Source of the DNA: Planctomycetia bacterium
GTDB lineage: Bacteria; Planctomycetota; Planctomycetia; Pirellulales; UBA1268
Direction: 5' to 3'
DNA length: 64,000 nt
NCBI GenBank assembly: GCA_037129475.1
Contig: JBAXUY010000001.1
Location: forward strand, 37,380-101,379
The notes beneath the pieces are model-generated. The model had not been told where the DNA came from. It ran no database searches and worked only from the letters and a program-made list of their open reading frames with translations. The translations under genes and the position numbers were made by a program. Below, in pieces: positions 46,547-57,635 of this stretch (positions within the stretch are counted from its first letter, which is position 1; each line of letters starts with the position of its first letter).

Positions 46547-48178
46547 TCAGTACGACGTGAAATGCCGATCTTCCGGATCCTCGGCCGCGGTCGACTCCGC
46601 CGAAGACGCCACGGGCCTGATCGGCAGACGTTCCCCGACGGGCTCGGCAGGCATCGGGATCATGTCGACGCGCCGCGACACGGCAGCCGCCGGACGCCGC
46701 CGCGGCGTTGCCGCGCTCACCGTCGCGGCAGGCACCACGCCGCCGCCGGTGCCGCGGCCGGCCAGGCCGCGGAGCAGGGTGACGGCGGACTGCAGCGCGT
46801 GCGCCTGCGCCTTGAGCTGCTCCGCTGCCGATGCGCTCTGCTCTGCGCCGGCGGAGTTGCTCTGCGTGACCTGGTCCATCTGCCCCATCGCCACGCCCAC
46901 TTGGCGGATGCCCTGGGCCTGCTCGCGTGCGGCGGTGGCGATCTCGGCCACGAGCCCGTCGGCGGCCGCGACCGTGCGGACGATCTGTTCGAGGGCCTCG
47001 CCCAACCGGCCGCAGCTCGTCGAGCCTCGCCGGCTGTTGGCGATGGCCGCCTCGATCTTGTCGGCCGTCTGCCGGGCCGCCGCGGCGCTCCGCTGCGCCA
47101 GCGATCGCACCTCGTCGGCCACCACGGCGAAGCCCGCTCCCGCCTCTCCCGCCCGCGCGGCCTCGACGGCCGCATTGAGCGCGAGAATGTTCGTCTGGAA
47201 GGCGATCTCGTCGATGTCCTTGACGATCTTCGCCACCTCGGTGCTGGATGACGCGATCGCCAGCATCGCCTGGTTCATCTCGGTCATGGAGTCGGCGCCG
47301 GCCTGCGCGGATTCCCGAGCCTGTCCTGCGAAGGTCTTCGCCTTGTCGGCATTGTCGGCCGTGCTGCGGATCATCGCCGTCATCTGCTCGAGCGCCGCGC
47401 TCGTCTCCGTCACGGCCGCCGCCTGCTCGTTGCAGCCCTCGGCGAGCGACCGGCCGGCCGAAGCCAATTGCGTGGCGGCGAGCGCCGTATGCGACGCCCC
47501 GGTCTCCAAGGAATCCGAGATTCCGCCGAGCGACTTTCGTGTCGCCCGATTCACCAAGCCGCACACGACGCCCCCCACGATGATCGCGGCCGCCAGCGTG
47601 CCGCCGAGGAGCAGGAAACTGTTGGCGACGGTCCTTCCGGCCGCCTCGACCTGCCGCTTGGCAAGGACCACGTTGTGGTCGACGCACTTGTTGAGGGTGT
47701 CGATCACCCTGTCGAGAGCGGGATCCGCCTCGTCCTTCATCGCCTGCTGTGCCTCCGCCAACGTTCCCCGGCGCAGCGGCGAGAGCACCAACTCCACCGC
47801 CGACGTATACGTCCGCCAGGCCGCGCTGGCGGCCGCGAACAGACGCTCCTCCTCGGCGTCGGCCAGCAGTGTCTGGTAGTCGACGAGCGCGGCTTCTCCG
47901 TCGCGGAGCGGCCTCCGAAAGCTGGCGTCATCGAACGCGATGGCGCCGCCGTCGGCGCGGGCGTCGAGCAGGATGCGCCGCACGGCCGCACGGGATGCGA
48001 ACGTGGACTGGCTCAGGCGGTTGAGCGCCACGACCGAAGGAAGTGAATTGGTCGCCACCGCCACCAAGGCCTCGTTGATGCTCATGATCCGCCACAGTCC
48101 GATGGCCCCGAGCAGCACCGTGCTGAACATCAGAATGCCGACGCTCCAGGTGATCTTGGCAGGGAGTGAACGACTCAT
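46547..48178 (-). CDS. Methyl-accepting chemotaxis protein (four-helix-bundle sensor)
   Basis: Start re-picked at [18 protein letters not shown]. Two TM segments. Signalling hairpin [38 protein letters not shown]. Long Pro/Ala/Arg-rich tail ending HFTSY. Confidence 0.9.
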   Translation of the reverse strand: MSRSLPAKITWSVGILMFSTVLLGAIGLWRIMSINEALVAVATNSLPSVVALNRLSQSTFASRAAVRRILLDARADGGAIAFDDASFRRPLRDGEAALVDYQTLLADAEEERLFAAASAAWRTYTSAVELVLSPLRRGTLAEAQQAMKDEADPALDRVIDTLNKCVDHNVVLAKRQVEAAGRTVANSFLLLGGTLAAAIIVGGVVCGLVNRATRKSLGGISDSLETGASHTALAATQLASAGRSLAEGCNEQAAAVTETSAALEQMTAMIRSTADNADKAKTFAGQARESAQAGADSMTEMNQAMLAIASSSTEVAKIVKDIDEIAFQTNILALNAAVEAARAGEAGAGFAVVADEVRSLAQRSAAAARQTADKIEAAIANSRRGSTSCGRLGEALEQIVRTVAAADGLVAEIATAAREQAQGIRQVGVAMGQMDQVTQSNSAGAEQSASAAEQLKAQAHALQSAVTLLRGLAGRGTGGGVVPAATVSAATPRRRPAAAVSRRVDMIPMPAEPVGERLPIRPVASSAESTAAEDPEDRHFTSY

Positions 48179-48723
48179 GGGAGTTCCTGGGGGGCGGAGG
48201 AGGGCTCCGTCGACGTGACGATGTCGGCGGTGGAAATCAGATCGAGATCGATGAGTGCGCGGACGAGCGGGCCGGCCTTCGCCATGCCCGTGATGAATCG
48301 GGTGTCGATGGCGCCGCCGAAGTCGGGAGTGGGCTCGATGTCGGCGGCGGTGAAGGTGGCAACCTCCTCGACTCCGTCCACGATCACGCCGTACAGGCGG
48401 GCACGTCCGGCGGTGCCTCCCACCTGGGAGACGACGATGCACTGCCTCTCCTGGTCGGTCGCATCGGGCAGGCCGAAGCGCGTCCGCAGGTCGACCAGCG
48501 GGATGATCTTGCCGCGAAGGTTGATGACGCCGCGGACGTGCGCGGGCATGCCGGCCACCGGCGTGATCGGACAGAGGCGGATGATTTCCCGGACCGAGAG
48601 CACCGGCACGCCGTACGACTCGTCCCCCAGCGTGACGACGAGATACTTGCCCGGCTGGGCGACGGCGGACGACATTGCCTGCGGTGGATGCAGCGGTTGG
48701 TTCATGATCTGCATGATCCCCAC
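48175..48723 (-). CDS. cheW: Chemotaxis coupling protein
   Basis: 182 aa. [21 protein letters not shown] and [14 protein letters not shown]. Stop overlaps the MCP start (4 nt). Confidence 0.88.
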   Translation of the reverse strand: MGIMQIMNQPLHPPQAMSSAVAQPGKYLVVTLGDESYGVPVLSVREIIRLCPITPVAGMPAHVRGVINLRGKIIPLVDLRTRFGLPDATDQERQCIVVSQVGGTAGRARLYGVIVDGVEEVATFTAADIEPTPDFGGAIDTRFITGMAKAGPLVRALIDLDLISTADIVTSTEPSSAPQELP

Positions 48724-48734
48724 GAAGGGTGTGA

Positions 48735-50963
48735 TCAGGCGGCCTCGCCGGCCGTTGACTTGAGCTTCACCAGCGTATTGACGTCGAGAATCAGGCCCAC
48801 GCGTCCGTCCCCGAGGATCGCCGCGCCCGCGAAGGCCGGCTGACTGCGGAACATGTCGCCCAGGCTTTTGATCACGACCTCCTGCTTGCCGAGCAGTTCA
48901 TCGACGAGCAGGCAGCGGACGTCCTGCCCCGACTCCACCACCACCACGATACCCTCGGTAGGGTCGCTCGTTTTGCTGGGTGTGCCGAGATGGCGGCCCA
49001 GCCTGAGCACCGGCGTCAGCCGCCCGCGGACCTCCACGAGTTCCCCGCGGCCATGCACGGTGGAGACCGCCCCCGGCAACGGCCGGAACGACTCGCGAAC
49101 CGAGAGCGTCGGAACGATGTATCGCTCGTCGCCGACGCCGACGATCAGCCCCTCGATGATCGCGAGCGTGAGCGGCACGTACAGCGTGAACGTGGTGCCG
49201 CGGCCCTCGACCGAGTCGACCTCGATCTTCCCGCGGATGCTCTCGATCCCACGCCGCACGACGTCCATGCCGACGCCGCGGCCGGACAGGCCGGTGACCT
49301 TCTCTACGGTGGAGAAACCAGGCGCGAAGATGAGGTCGAGAATCTCCAGCCGCCCGGGGCTCTCGCCGGGTTGCACGAGCCCGCGTTCGATCGCCTTTTT
49401 GAGGATCCGGTCGGCCGCAAGCCCCCGGCCGTCGTCCTCGACGCGGATCACCACGAATCCGCCCTGGTGGTAGGCGCGGAGCGTGATGGTGCCCGTGGAC
49501 GGTTTTCCCGCAGCGGTTCGCAGGGCGGGCAACTCGATCCCGTGGTCGGCCGAATTGCGGATCATGTGCACGAGCGGATCGGCGAGCAGCTCGACGAGGC
49601 TGCGGTCGAGTTCCGTCTCCTCGCCCTCCATGCGGAGGTCGATGTCCTTGCCGAGTTCCACCGACAGGTCGCGGACCAGCCGGCCCATGCGGCGAAAGAC
49701 GCCGCCGATCGGCACCATCCGCAGCGCCATCGCCGTCCGCTGCAAATCCGAGGTGATGCTCCGCAGCTGCCCCAGACAGCGATCGAGATGCTGGTTGCCA
49801 AGGTTTCTGACTTCGGGGCTCTGCACGACCAGCGATTGGGCGACCACGAGTTCACCGACGAGGTCGATCAGTCCGTCGAGCTTGCGGGTATCGACCCTGA
49901 CGGTGCCCGACGTCGCCGGGCCGCCGACAGCCGCTGGAGAATGGTGATCCGGCTGCTGCGCGGAGTCCGCCGCGTGTGCCGTCGGAGCCGCTGACACCTG
50001 CCGGGACGACGCAGGTGCATCCTCCGTCTCCGTCGGCACGGCAGCGGGTGTGACTGCCGCGGGCCGTGCTTCGACGGCCGTTGACGATGGGGGGGCGGAA
50101 GGCGGCGCCTCGGTCGGCGGGGCCGGTGCCCCGGTCGTCGCCGGGCGGCTCCCGCCGCTTCGCAACAGCGTCTTGACCCGCGCCGTGACCGCGGGAATCG
50201 GCAGCGGAATGCTTCTGCCCCGCTGAACGCCGCCGAGTTGGCGGAGGCTCTCGTCGACATACCGCCGCAGCACGTCGCCGCCGGCGAGAATGAGGTCGAT
50301 CGCCTCGCGATCCAGCCGCAGTTGGCCGCGCCGCGCCGTATCGAGCACCGACTCGAGCTCGTGCGTGAGGCGCTGCAGCACGCCCAACTTCAGCACACCG
50401 GCGTTGCCCTTGAACGAGTGGAACACGCGAAACACGGTATCGATCGAGGTTGCATCCGTCGGGTTCCGTTCCAGTGTGAGCACCCCGTGCTCCATCTCTT
50501 GGAGCAGATCCTGCGACTCCGCACAGAAGAGTTCGACCATCTCGTCGTCGAACCCGACCGGCAGCACCACGACGTCGACGTCATCAGCTCCATCACCCGC
50601 CGCTGCGAACGAGACCGCCGGCTCCGTCGGGGCCGCCCAGGCGTCAGGCAGCGGAGCAGGATCCTGGCCCCGTTCCCAGGCCAACGTGGCTGCCACCATC
50701 CAGGGCTGCCAGGCGTGCAATTCACGAATCATGTCGGCTGTCAACGGCGCCTCGTTCTCCGCGCCCGCAAGCCAGCGGCGGCAGGCCGCGATCGCGTGCC
50801 GGACGGCCTGCGGCGCGGCTGAGCATGCCTCGTCGATCCTTGCGACGAGCCCGCGGATCGACGACGCCGGCGTCGTGCCTGCCTGCACGAAGGCCAGATC
50901 GAGAGCCAGTTGCTCGAGCAGGGCCGAGGCCCGCGCGGCATTGCTTGCCGACTTCGTCATCAC
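48735..50963 (-). CDS. cheA: Chemotaxis histidine kinase
   Basis: 742 aa. Hpt [16 protein letters not shown]. Kinase N/G boxes [18 protein letters not shown] and [10 protein letters not shown]-terminal CheW-like domain. No receiver domain. Confidence 0.92.
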   Translation of the reverse strand: MMTKSASNAARASALLEQLALDLAFVQAGTTPASSIRGLVARIDEACSAAPQAVRHAIAACRRWLAGAENEAPLTADMIRELHAWQPWMVAATLAWERGQDPAPLPDAWAAPTEPAVSFAAAGDGADDVDVVVLPVGFDDEMVELFCAESQDLLQEMEHGVLTLERNPTDATSIDTVFRVFHSFKGNAGVLKLGVLQRLTHELESVLDTARRGQLRLDREAIDLILAGGDVLRRYVDESLRQLGGVQRGRSIPLPIPAVTARVKTLLRSGGSRPATTGAPAPPTEAPPSAPPSSTAVEARPAAVTPAAVPTETEDAPASSRQVSAAPTAHAADSAQQPDHHSPAAVGGPATSGTVRVDTRKLDGLIDLVGELVVAQSLVVQSPEVRNLGNQHLDRCLGQLRSITSDLQRTAMALRMVPIGGVFRRMGRLVRDLSVELGKDIDLRMEGEETELDRSLVELLADPLVHMIRNSADHGIELPALRTAAGKPSTGTITLRAYHQGGFVVIRVEDDGRGLAADRILKKAIERGLVQPGESPGRLEILDLIFAPGFSTVEKVTGLSGRGVGMDVVRRGIESIRGKIEVDSVEGRGTTFTLYVPLTLAIIEGLIVGVGDERYIVPTLSVRESFRPLPGAVSTVHGRGELVEVRGRLTPVLRLGRHLGTPSKTSDPTEGIVVVVESGQDVRCLLVDELLGKQEVVIKSLGDMFRSQPAFAGAAILGDGRVGLILDVNTLVKLKSTAGEAA

Positions 50964-52438
50964 GTCGTCCTCGTCCGCGGATCGCCGCCCACGATCGCCT
51001 CGAGCGATCCCGCCACGTCCCGCAAGCCCTTGGCCTGCGCCATGAGTTCTTCGGCCGCGGCCGAGCTCTCCTCCGCGCCGACGGCCGACTGAAGCGTGAC
51101 TTTCTCGATCTGCGTGAGCGACGCACCGATGCTCCCCACGGCCCGCTGCTGCTCGTCGCTGCCGCGGCGAACGTCCTCGACGAGCGATTGCACTCCGCTC
51201 GATTTCCCCGCCACGCCACGCACGGCCGCCGCGACGGCGTCGACCTTCTCGCGGCCCGATCGCGTACGGGCGATCGATTCGCCGATGAGCGCGGCCGTCT
51301 CCCGTGCCGCCTCCGCGCTGCGGCCCGCGAGCGCCCGCACTTCGTTGGCCACCACGGCGAATCCCTGCCCCGCCTCCCCCGCCCGGGCGGCCTCGACGGC
51401 CGCGTTGAGCGCGAGAATGTTGGTCTGGAAGGCGATCTCGTCGATCACCTTGTTGATCTTGGAAATCCGTCCCGACGCCGCGTCGATCTCCTCCATGGCG
51501 GCCACGAGCGTCTGCAGTTCCGTCTGCGCGGCTCCCAGGTCGTCGTGCTCACGGCGGACCTGCTCGCTGGCCGCCTGTGCACGACGGACATTCTGGCTCG
51601 CCATCCCTCCGACCTCACGTGCCGTGGATGTGATCCGCTCCACTGCGGTGACCTGCTGCGTGGTCCCCTCGGCCAACACGCGACTTGCCGCCGCCACCTG
51701 GGTTGCACCGGTAGACACGTAGGCCGCGCTGCAGGCAATTTCCCCCACCGCGTGGCGCAGCTGCGTGGCATGCCGCCACAGGCTGACGGCAGCCACGACG
51801 GACGAGATCAGCGCCACGCCGATTCCCAGGAGCGTGGCCATGTCGCCGCGCCGCCGCGCGGCTGCCACCGCCGCCGCGGTCCGACGGTCGAGCAGCGCCT
51901 CGAATTCGCCGATCGGACCCATGATCCGCGCCTTGTCGGCATGGTACGCGGCATCGTGCATGATCCGCCGGGCGAGATCCTGGTCCGGCGGGCCTCGCTT
52001 GGTGTAGCCGCCCCGGCCGTCGTCGAACTCCCCCTTCATGGCGTGCATCGCGATCGTTTCGGTGGTGACGAGCGCGTTGGAGTTGTCCTCGGCCTCCTTG
52101 AGTTTGGCGAATTCCGCGTCCGTGAAGCCCTGCTGGGCCATGAGCGTTCGCAGCGGCACGGTGCGGCCATCCTGCCGGGCCGCCGTGCCGTTGCGGACCT
52201 CGAGCACGTGCCAGAACTCGCGCTCGTACTGCGGGTCGCCGGTCACCGCGTAGGTTCGGGCCAGCCGCGTCAGGTCGTCGGAACTCTGCCGCAGTTCATT
52301 GGCCAGCTGACGCGAGTCGAACCGGTTGGCGTAGGCCCGCTGCACGGCCCGCTGGCTGCCGTAGACGTAGACGGCCAGGCCCACGAGCAGGAGGATCGGG
52401 CCCAACGTGGCGATCTGCAAGCGACGGATCGTGTTCAT
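50960..52438 (-). CDS. Methyl-accepting chemotaxis protein (helical periplasmic sensor, CHASE3-like by eye)
   Basis: Start re-picked at [26 protein letters not shown]. Hairpin [38 protein letters not shown]. The upstream part of ORF 50960-53764 is antisense to the next gene. Confidence 0.88.
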   Translation of the reverse strand: MNTIRRLQIATLGPILLLVGLAVYVYGSQRAVQRAYANRFDSRQLANELRQSSDDLTRLARTYAVTGDPQYEREFWHVLEVRNGTAARQDGRTVPLRTLMAQQGFTDAEFAKLKEAEDNSNALVTTETIAMHAMKGEFDDGRGGYTKRGPPDQDLARRIMHDAAYHADKARIMGPIGEFEALLDRRTAAAVAAARRRGDMATLLGIGVALISSVVAAVSLWRHATQLRHAVGEIACSAAYVSTGATQVAAASRVLAEGTTQQVTAVERITSTAREVGGMASQNVRRAQAASEQVRREHDDLGAAQTELQTLVAAMEEIDAASGRISKINKVIDEIAFQTNILALNAAVEAARAGEAGQGFAVVANEVRALAGRSAEAARETAALIGESIARTRSGREKVDAVAAAVRGVAGKSSGVQSLVEDVRRGSDEQQRAVGSIGASLTQIEKVTLQSAVGAEESSAAAEELMAQAKGLRDVAGSLEAIVGGDPRTRTT

Positions 52439-52720
52439 GGGCTGCCAATCGGGCCGCTGGATCGGAAAACGAACGGGGGCAACCCGCGGCTGGGGTGTAT
52501 TGTAGTTCGCGATTTTCTGGCACGCGGCAGCCCCCGGAGCGGGGGCCTCCGAGGCCAGGCTGTGCCGCGTCTGCCGACGATCCGGCGGCTGCGAGCCGCT
52601 TTCTTTCCCGTCGAAATCGCACCCTTTTGGCGGCAGCGTCAAAGGTCGAACCCCGAACCCCCGGGATGGATCAAGAAACGGGGAGGACGTTCGACTGGCA
52701 TCATCGACTACGCTTTGATC

Positions 52721-54781
52721 ATGAAACGAGTGAACGGTCATTTCGTGAACTACGCGTTGTGTCTGCTGCCATGGTTGGCAGCCGGCGCGTGCCTGGCTGC
52801 CGATGCTGCCGTGGCGGCGCGGGTGGAAGGCCGGCCGATCCCGGCGGACCACCTGGGCCTGCGATCGCTCGCCGGTGCCGCCATCCCGTTCGCCGAGTCT
52901 CTCGGCCCCGATGGCCGGGCCGTCTGCTTTGCGTTTCTCCACCCGGCTTGTCCGCTGGCGCAGGAATACGGTCCGGTGCTCAACGCACTCGCCGACGAGT
53001 TCGCCGGTGAAGGCATCCGCTTCGTGGGCGTGGTCTGTGAACTCGACGATGCCGGCGAGGTCGAGGCCTATCGCCGCGAGTTTGGGATCACGTTCCCGAT
53101 CCGCCTCGATACCGACTTCACGCTGGCCGAGGCGCTCGACGCGACGGTCACGCCCGAGGTGGTGCTCGTCGACCGAGACCGGTTGATCCGCTACTCCGGC
53201 CGGATCGACGACCGCTACAAGGTTCGGGGCGTGATGTCGCCCGGCAATCCAGATCCGGAGCTGCGGTCGGCGATCATCGATCTCATTGCCGGTCGCGAGA
53301 TCCGTGAGCCGCGGACGGACGCGTCGGGCTGCCCGCTCGATCGGCCGGAGCGGCCGACGCCGTCCACCGTTCCAGGCGAGGCGGGCGTCACGTTCCACCG
53401 CGACGTGCTGCCCTTCCTGCATGCCCAGTGCCAGCGGTGCCACAGCCCGAATCAGGCCGGCCCGTTCAACCTGCTCACCTACGACGACGCGGTCGAATGG
53501 ATTGAACTGGGCCTCGAGGAGATCGACGCCCGGCGGATGCCGCCGGCACAGATCGAGAGCGACCTCGACTTTCGCGTGACGAAGCCTCCGACCGCGGCGG
53601 AGGTGGCGATGCTGCGGGCCTGGGTGGCGGCCGGGAAGCCGGAGGGGGATCCCGCGGAGACGCCGAAGCTCGAGCCGCTGCCCGACTACTCGGGCTTCCA
53701 GGAGGGGCTCGGCCCCCCCGACATCGTGCTCCAGCAACCCGAGCCGACGCAACTCGGCGCGCACGGGAACGACGTCTATCGGAACATCATCTTTCCGCTG
53801 AATCGCGCCGAGGATTTGAAGCTGCGGGCGATCCAGTTTTTACCCGGGAATCGCAAGGTCGTGCACCATGCCCTGATCGGCCACCTGCCGCGGGAGACCG
53901 TGGAGGAGGCCGTGCGGGACCATGGCGGGCGGGAAGGCTTCAGCCATCCGGACGACCGGGCGGGAGGCTTTCAGGATCCGCACGGCATCGGGTTTCGGGT
54001 GCCGCCGATTCGCGACGACGGGCAGCCGCGGGCCTTGTTCGTCAGCGGCTTCGTGCCGGGGGTGCAGGCGGTGGCCGCCCCTGCCGACGCGGCTCTGGTG
54101 ATCCCGGCGGGTTGCGACGTCACGGTGCAGATGCACTACGTGCGCACGGGGAAGCGTGAGATCGATTCGAGCCGCGTCGGCATCTGGCTCGACAGGCGGC
54201 CGCCGCGGAAGGTGATGAACATGATCTACCTCTCCGGCGATTTTGCGGTGGTGCCCCCGGGCGTCACCGACTTCCGCATCACGGGCAGCTACACGCTCCC
54301 CGAGGACGCGGACATGGTGGGCGTCATCCCGCACGCGCACCAGCTGGCACGCTGGGTGGAGATCAGAGCCCACCTGCCGGGCCAGGAGCGGCCGCTCCTG
54401 CTCCTACGGGTGCCGCAGTGGGACTACAACTGGCAGTCGCCCTACGACCTCGAGAAACCGATGCAGTTCCCGGCCGGCACGCGGTTCGAGGCGGAGTGTG
54501 CCTACGACAACTCCACCGCCAATCCGCGCAACCCGTTCGACCCCCCTCAGAACGTCTGGCACAACGAGACGATCAACGACGAGATGCTGCTGCCGATGTT
54601 CACGTTCACTTCCGAAAAGCCGCTCGATCCCAAGGGCGACACGTTCAGAAAGTTCTTCTCGACGCTCGTGCGGTCGAGGTTTCTCCGGCGGCTGGTGGAT
54701 CACCGCTTCAAGTACGTCGCCGATCCGCAGGGCGACATCAGCGTCTCGCCCGATTACGACCCCGACGATCACCGCTACTAG
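52721..54781 (+). CDS. Secreted tri-domain protein: thioredoxin-fold (redoxin) + c-type heme (CxxCH) module + PHM/DBH-like type II copper monooxygenase
   Basis: Start [26 protein letters not shown] (signal peptide). Redoxin region [17 protein letters not shown] at 53429-53443. Copper ligand pattern VHHAL, VQMHY, PHAHQL and NDEMLL. Confidence 0.8.
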   Translation: MKRVNGHFVNYALCLLPWLAAGACLAADAAVAARVEGRPIPADHLGLRSLAGAAIPFAESLGPDGRAVCFAFLHPACPLAQEYGPVLNALADEFAGEGIRFVGVVCELDDAGEVEAYRREFGITFPIRLDTDFTLAEALDATVTPEVVLVDRDRLIRYSGRIDDRYKVRGVMSPGNPDPELRSAIIDLIAGREIREPRTDASGCPLDRPERPTPSTVPGEAGVTFHRDVLPFLHAQCQRCHSPNQAGPFNLLTYDDAVEWIELGLEEIDARRMPPAQIESDLDFRVTKPPTAAEVAMLRAWVAAGKPEGDPAETPKLEPLPDYSGFQEGLGPPDIVLQQPEPTQLGAHGNDVYRNIIFPLNRAEDLKLRAIQFLPGNRKVVHHALIGHLPRETVEEAVRDHGGREGFSHPDDRAGGFQDPHGIGFRVPPIRDDGQPRALFVSGFVPGVQAVAAPADAALVIPAGCDVTVQMHYVRTGKREIDSSRVGIWLDRRPPRKVMNMIYLSGDFAVVPPGVTDFRITGSYTLPEDADMVGVIPHAHQLARWVEIRAHLPGQERPLLLLRVPQWDYNWQSPYDLEKPMQFPAGTRFEAECAYDNSTANPRNPFDPPQNVWHNETINDEMLLPMFTFTSEKPLDPKGDTFRKFFSTLVRSRFLRRLVDHRFKYVADPQGDISVSPDYDPDDHRY

Positions 54782-54799
54782 AGCCAGGACATCCCGTAC

Positions 54800-56794
54800 A
54801 TGACGCTCGCGGTAAACACAGGCCTCTCCGTCGTGGCCAATGCGCTGACCGTGTCGGTGCCCGATGCCCACGGCGGCGGGGAGCGAAAGACGCTTCTTGA
54901 GAACGTGAGCTTTCGGGTCGAGCCGGGCGAGTTCGTCTGCGTGCTCGGCCCCAGCGGGGCGGGCAAGAGCACGCTCGCCCGGGCGCTGCTTGGCGAACGG
55001 GCGATCGAAGCCGGTCGACTGCTCGTCGGTGGGCACGACGTGTTTCGCGAAGCCGACGCCCTCCGGGGCTCGATCGGCTACGTGCCCCAGCGCGACGTCA
55101 ATCCGCCGGCGCTGCCGGTGGAGCGGGCGCTCCACTACGCGTCGGAGGTGCGGCTTCCGGCGGAGGCGTCGGCTGCGGAACGGCGGGCCGCGATCGACCG
55201 GGTCATCGACGAGGTCGGCCTCGACAGGGTGCGGCAGGGGACGATCAGCAGCCTCTCGGGCGGTGAGATGAAGCGGGCGAGCCTCGCGGCAGAGATGCTC
55301 GCCGCTCCTGGCCTGCTCGTGCTCGACGAGGCGACCTCCAGCCTCGATCCGGCCACGGAGTCGCGCATCATGACGCTGCTCGCCGAACGCGCGCGGGCAG
55401 GCACGACCGTGGTCGCGGTCACGCACCACCTCGACAACGTGGACAAGGCCGACAAGCTCCTGATCCTCGGCCACGGTGAGGTGGTGTGGTTCGGCTCCCG
55501 CGTGGAGGCCCTCGGCCACTTCGGGGTGCATCGGCTGGCCGATGTGTACGTCGCCATCGAAGACCAGCCGCGCGGCTTCTGGTCGGCCCGCTGGCGGGAG
55601 CGGGAGGCCGAAGACCGCCAGCTGGCGGAGTCGCAGTCTCGCGATGCCACGGCCGTCGACCACTTGGCCGAAGCGCACGCGGACCGGACGGCATCCCTTG
55701 CGGCGGTTTCGATTCCTGGCTTCGGCCGCCAGTTCGCCACGTTCTTCTGCCGGGAGCTCGAGACCGTCGTCCGCGATCGCGTGGGCCTCGTCATGGCGGC
55801 GCTCCTGCCGCTGGCGCTCGCGGCGGCCGTGCTGGCCGGTTTTGCCGACGTCCGCTTCCGCAATCCGCTCATGCTCACGCGGTTCCTCGACCCCGGCGAG
55901 AAGGACGTGCTGGCCGACGTGTGGGGCGAGGTGTCGGAGGCGATCGCCACCGAGTCGGTCTCGGAGCAAGACGCCAGCATTCCCGGTCAGATCCGGGTAT
56001 TCCTCGACAGCCAGCCGAAGTTGCTCGCCCATCTGCGGGAGCCGTCCACCAAACGGATCGTCCGCGACGCCCTCGCCGACACGCTTCCGGTCGCACCGGA
56101 TCGCGAGATCCTCGACCCGGGCGGCACCTATAAATGGCTCTCGCTGATGAGCATCTGCATGGTCATCCTCGGGTTCGTGACCGGGTTTCGGGAGATCGTG
56201 AGGGAGCGGCCGATGCTCGACCTCGAGCGGCGGCACGGCCTGCGGTTCGCCGCCTACGTGATCGCCAAGGTTGCGGCGCTGGCCGTCGTGCTCGCGGTGC
56301 AGGTCGCGGTCTTCAGATCCACCGTCGAACTGGGCTTCATGATTCGCGAAGCGATCGGAGGCGAGTCGCCCGCCGAGATCTACCGGCGCGGGGCGGTCGT
56401 CTCGGCGAGCTACAACTGGCTGGCCGCGGTGGCCTGCGCAGCCATGGGGCTCATCGTCTCCGCCTGCGTCCGTTCGACCGACAAGGGCGTGCTCGCGGTG
56501 CCGCTGTTGATCACGCCGCAGATCCTGCTCGGGGCCACGATCCTGCCGATCAAGGGCGGCGTGCTTGCCGTGCTCGCGAAGCTCTTTTCACCGCTCTACT
56601 GGGCCCATCGCGGCTGCCGCAGCGAAGGGGGAGGAGTGCCCGTCTTCTGGCAAAACCTTGGCCACTACGACCCGGCCCTTTGGATTCCCTACGCCGCCCT
56701 CCTTACGCAGATCCTGGTGGCGACGCTGATCACGATCCTCCTGCTCCGCTGGCAGGAACGGGCGGTCATGGGCCGCAATCGCGCCGTACGGTGA
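54800..56794 (+). CDS. ABC transporter, fused ATPase and ABC-2-type permease
   Basis: Walker A GPSGAGKST, signature LSGGEMKR, Walker B LLVLDEATSSLD. The C-terminal about 350 aa has multiple TM segments. Confidence 0.85.
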   Translation: MTLAVNTGLSVVANALTVSVPDAHGGGERKTLLENVSFRVEPGEFVCVLGPSGAGKSTLARALLGERAIEAGRLLVGGHDVFREADALRGSIGYVPQRDVNPPALPVERALHYASEVRLPAEASAAERRAAIDRVIDEVGLDRVRQGTISSLSGGEMKRASLAAEMLAAPGLLVLDEATSSLDPATESRIMTLLAERARAGTTVVAVTHHLDNVDKADKLLILGHGEVVWFGSRVEALGHFGVHRLADVYVAIEDQPRGFWSARWREREAEDRQLAESQSRDATAVDHLAEAHADRTASLAAVSIPGFGRQFATFFCRELETVVRDRVGLVMAALLPLALAAAVLAGFADVRFRNPLMLTRFLDPGEKDVLADVWGEVSEAIATESVSEQDASIPGQIRVFLDSQPKLLAHLREPSTKRIVRDALADTLPVAPDREILDPGGTYKWLSLMSICMVILGFVTGFREIVRERPMLDLERRHGLRFAAYVIAKVAALAVVLAVQVAVFRSTVELGFMIREAIGGESPAEIYRRGAVVSASYNWLAAVACAAMGLIVSACVRSTDKGVLAVPLLITPQILLGATILPIKGGVLAVLAKLFSPLYWAHRGCRSEGGGVPVFWQNLGHYDPALWIPYAALLTQILVATLITILLLRWQERAVMGRNRAVR

Positions 56795-56798
56795 AGCC

Positions 56799-57635
56799 AT
56801 GCCTCAACGGGCGTTCATCCATCAGATCTTCTACGACGACAAGACCCGCGCGCAGCTCGACCCGGGGTTTCTGCCGCTCGACAACACCGCGAACCTGCGG
56901 CCCGACTGGAGTGAGTATTGGCCGATCCGGCGGTTCGTGCTGGCGAACAACTTTTTCCGGGACGCCGGCTACGGATTCTTGTCGCCGAAGTTCGGCGCCA
57001 AGACGGGGCTGACGGCGGCCGATGTCCACCGGTTCATCGCCGAGGAAGAGGCGGACGTCTTTCTCTTTTCACCCTGGCTCGATGAGTCGGCGATGGTGCT
57101 CAACGTGTTCCAGCAGGCTGCCCTGCACGATCCGGGGATTCCAACGCTGTTTGCCGAAGTGTTGGCTCAGTTCGCGCCCGGAATCGACACCCTCCGCCTG
57201 GTGATGGATTCCAGGCATGTCGTGTTCTGCAATTATTTCGTCGCCCGTCCCACCTTCTGGCAGCGCTGGTTCAGCCTGTGCGAGCCGATCTTCCACCTGT
57301 GTGAGCATGGCGACGATCGGCTCGCGGCCCGGTTGCGCGCGCTGGTTCCGCACGATGGCCGGCAAAACCCGGCCAAGGTTTTCCTGATCGAGCGGGTCGC
57401 CTCGTTCATTCTCGCGACCGAATCCCGGTGGAAGGTACGGGCCTACGACCCTGCCCGGTTGCCGTTGTCGAAGGCCCCAGTGGCGAGCCGCGAGGTTTTT
57501 GAGCGACTCGATGCGCTCAAGCGTGCCTGGCGAACCGATGGAGATCCGAAGCATATGCGTGCGTATCGCGAGCTGATGGCGTCGCTTGCGGACTCGCTCA
57601 GAGCACGCGCAGCCGGGTTCGATATCCCACGGTGA
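56799..57635 (+). CDS. Hypothetical protein (no family recognised)
   Basis: 278-aa ORF starting 5 nt after the ABC stop. Codon usage and composition resemble neighbouring genes. No motif I can name. Confidence 0.5.
   Translation: MPQRAFIHQIFYDDKTRAQLDPGFLPLDNTANLRPDWSEYWPIRRFVLANNFFRDAGYGFLSPKFGAKTGLTAADVHRFIAEEEADVFLFSPWLDESAMVLNVFQQAALHDPGIPTLFAEVLAQFAPGIDTLRLVMDSRHVVFCNYFVARPTFWQRWFSLCEPIFHLCEHGDDRLAARLRALVPHDGRQNPAKVFLIERVASFILATESRWKVRAYDPARLPLSKAPVASREVFERLDALKRAWRTDGDPKHMRAYRELMASLADSLRARAAGFDIPR

Noticed and set aside
47111-47214. Nucleotide repeat of about 100 nt shared with 51341-51444 (about 90% identical by eye)
   Set aside because: Both copies encode the universally conserved MCP signalling hairpin ([35 protein letters not shown]) in the two MCP paralogs. 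This is coding-sequence conservation, not a mobile or regulatory repeat.
52518-52531. TGGCACGCGGCAGC, reminiscent of a sigma-54 -24/-12 promoter upstream of the tri-domain monooxygenase gene
   Set aside because: The GG is present, but the -12 GC element is out of register by one base and the TTGC context is missing. No enhancer-binding protein gene lies nearby. The evidence is too weak to call.
50825-52720. N-terminal 632 codons of the 1318-aa ORF 50825-54781 (and similarly 52439-53764 of ORF 50960-53764)
   Set aside because: These extensions are antisense to MCP2 and to the tri-domain gene respectively. Both real genes have internal ATG starts followed by a signal peptide or TM segment (52721 and 52438), with a 282-nt divergent intergenic region between them.
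54404-56236. 610-aa minus-strand ORF opposite the ABC transporter. Comparable antisense ORFs occur at 11527-13233, 38793-40436, 62032-63720 and 26899-28389.
   Set aside because: All lie opposite genes with Walker, MFS, PKS, cNMP or FAD motifs. All have Arg/Pro/Gly-rich translations and no start context, so I treated them as non-coding.
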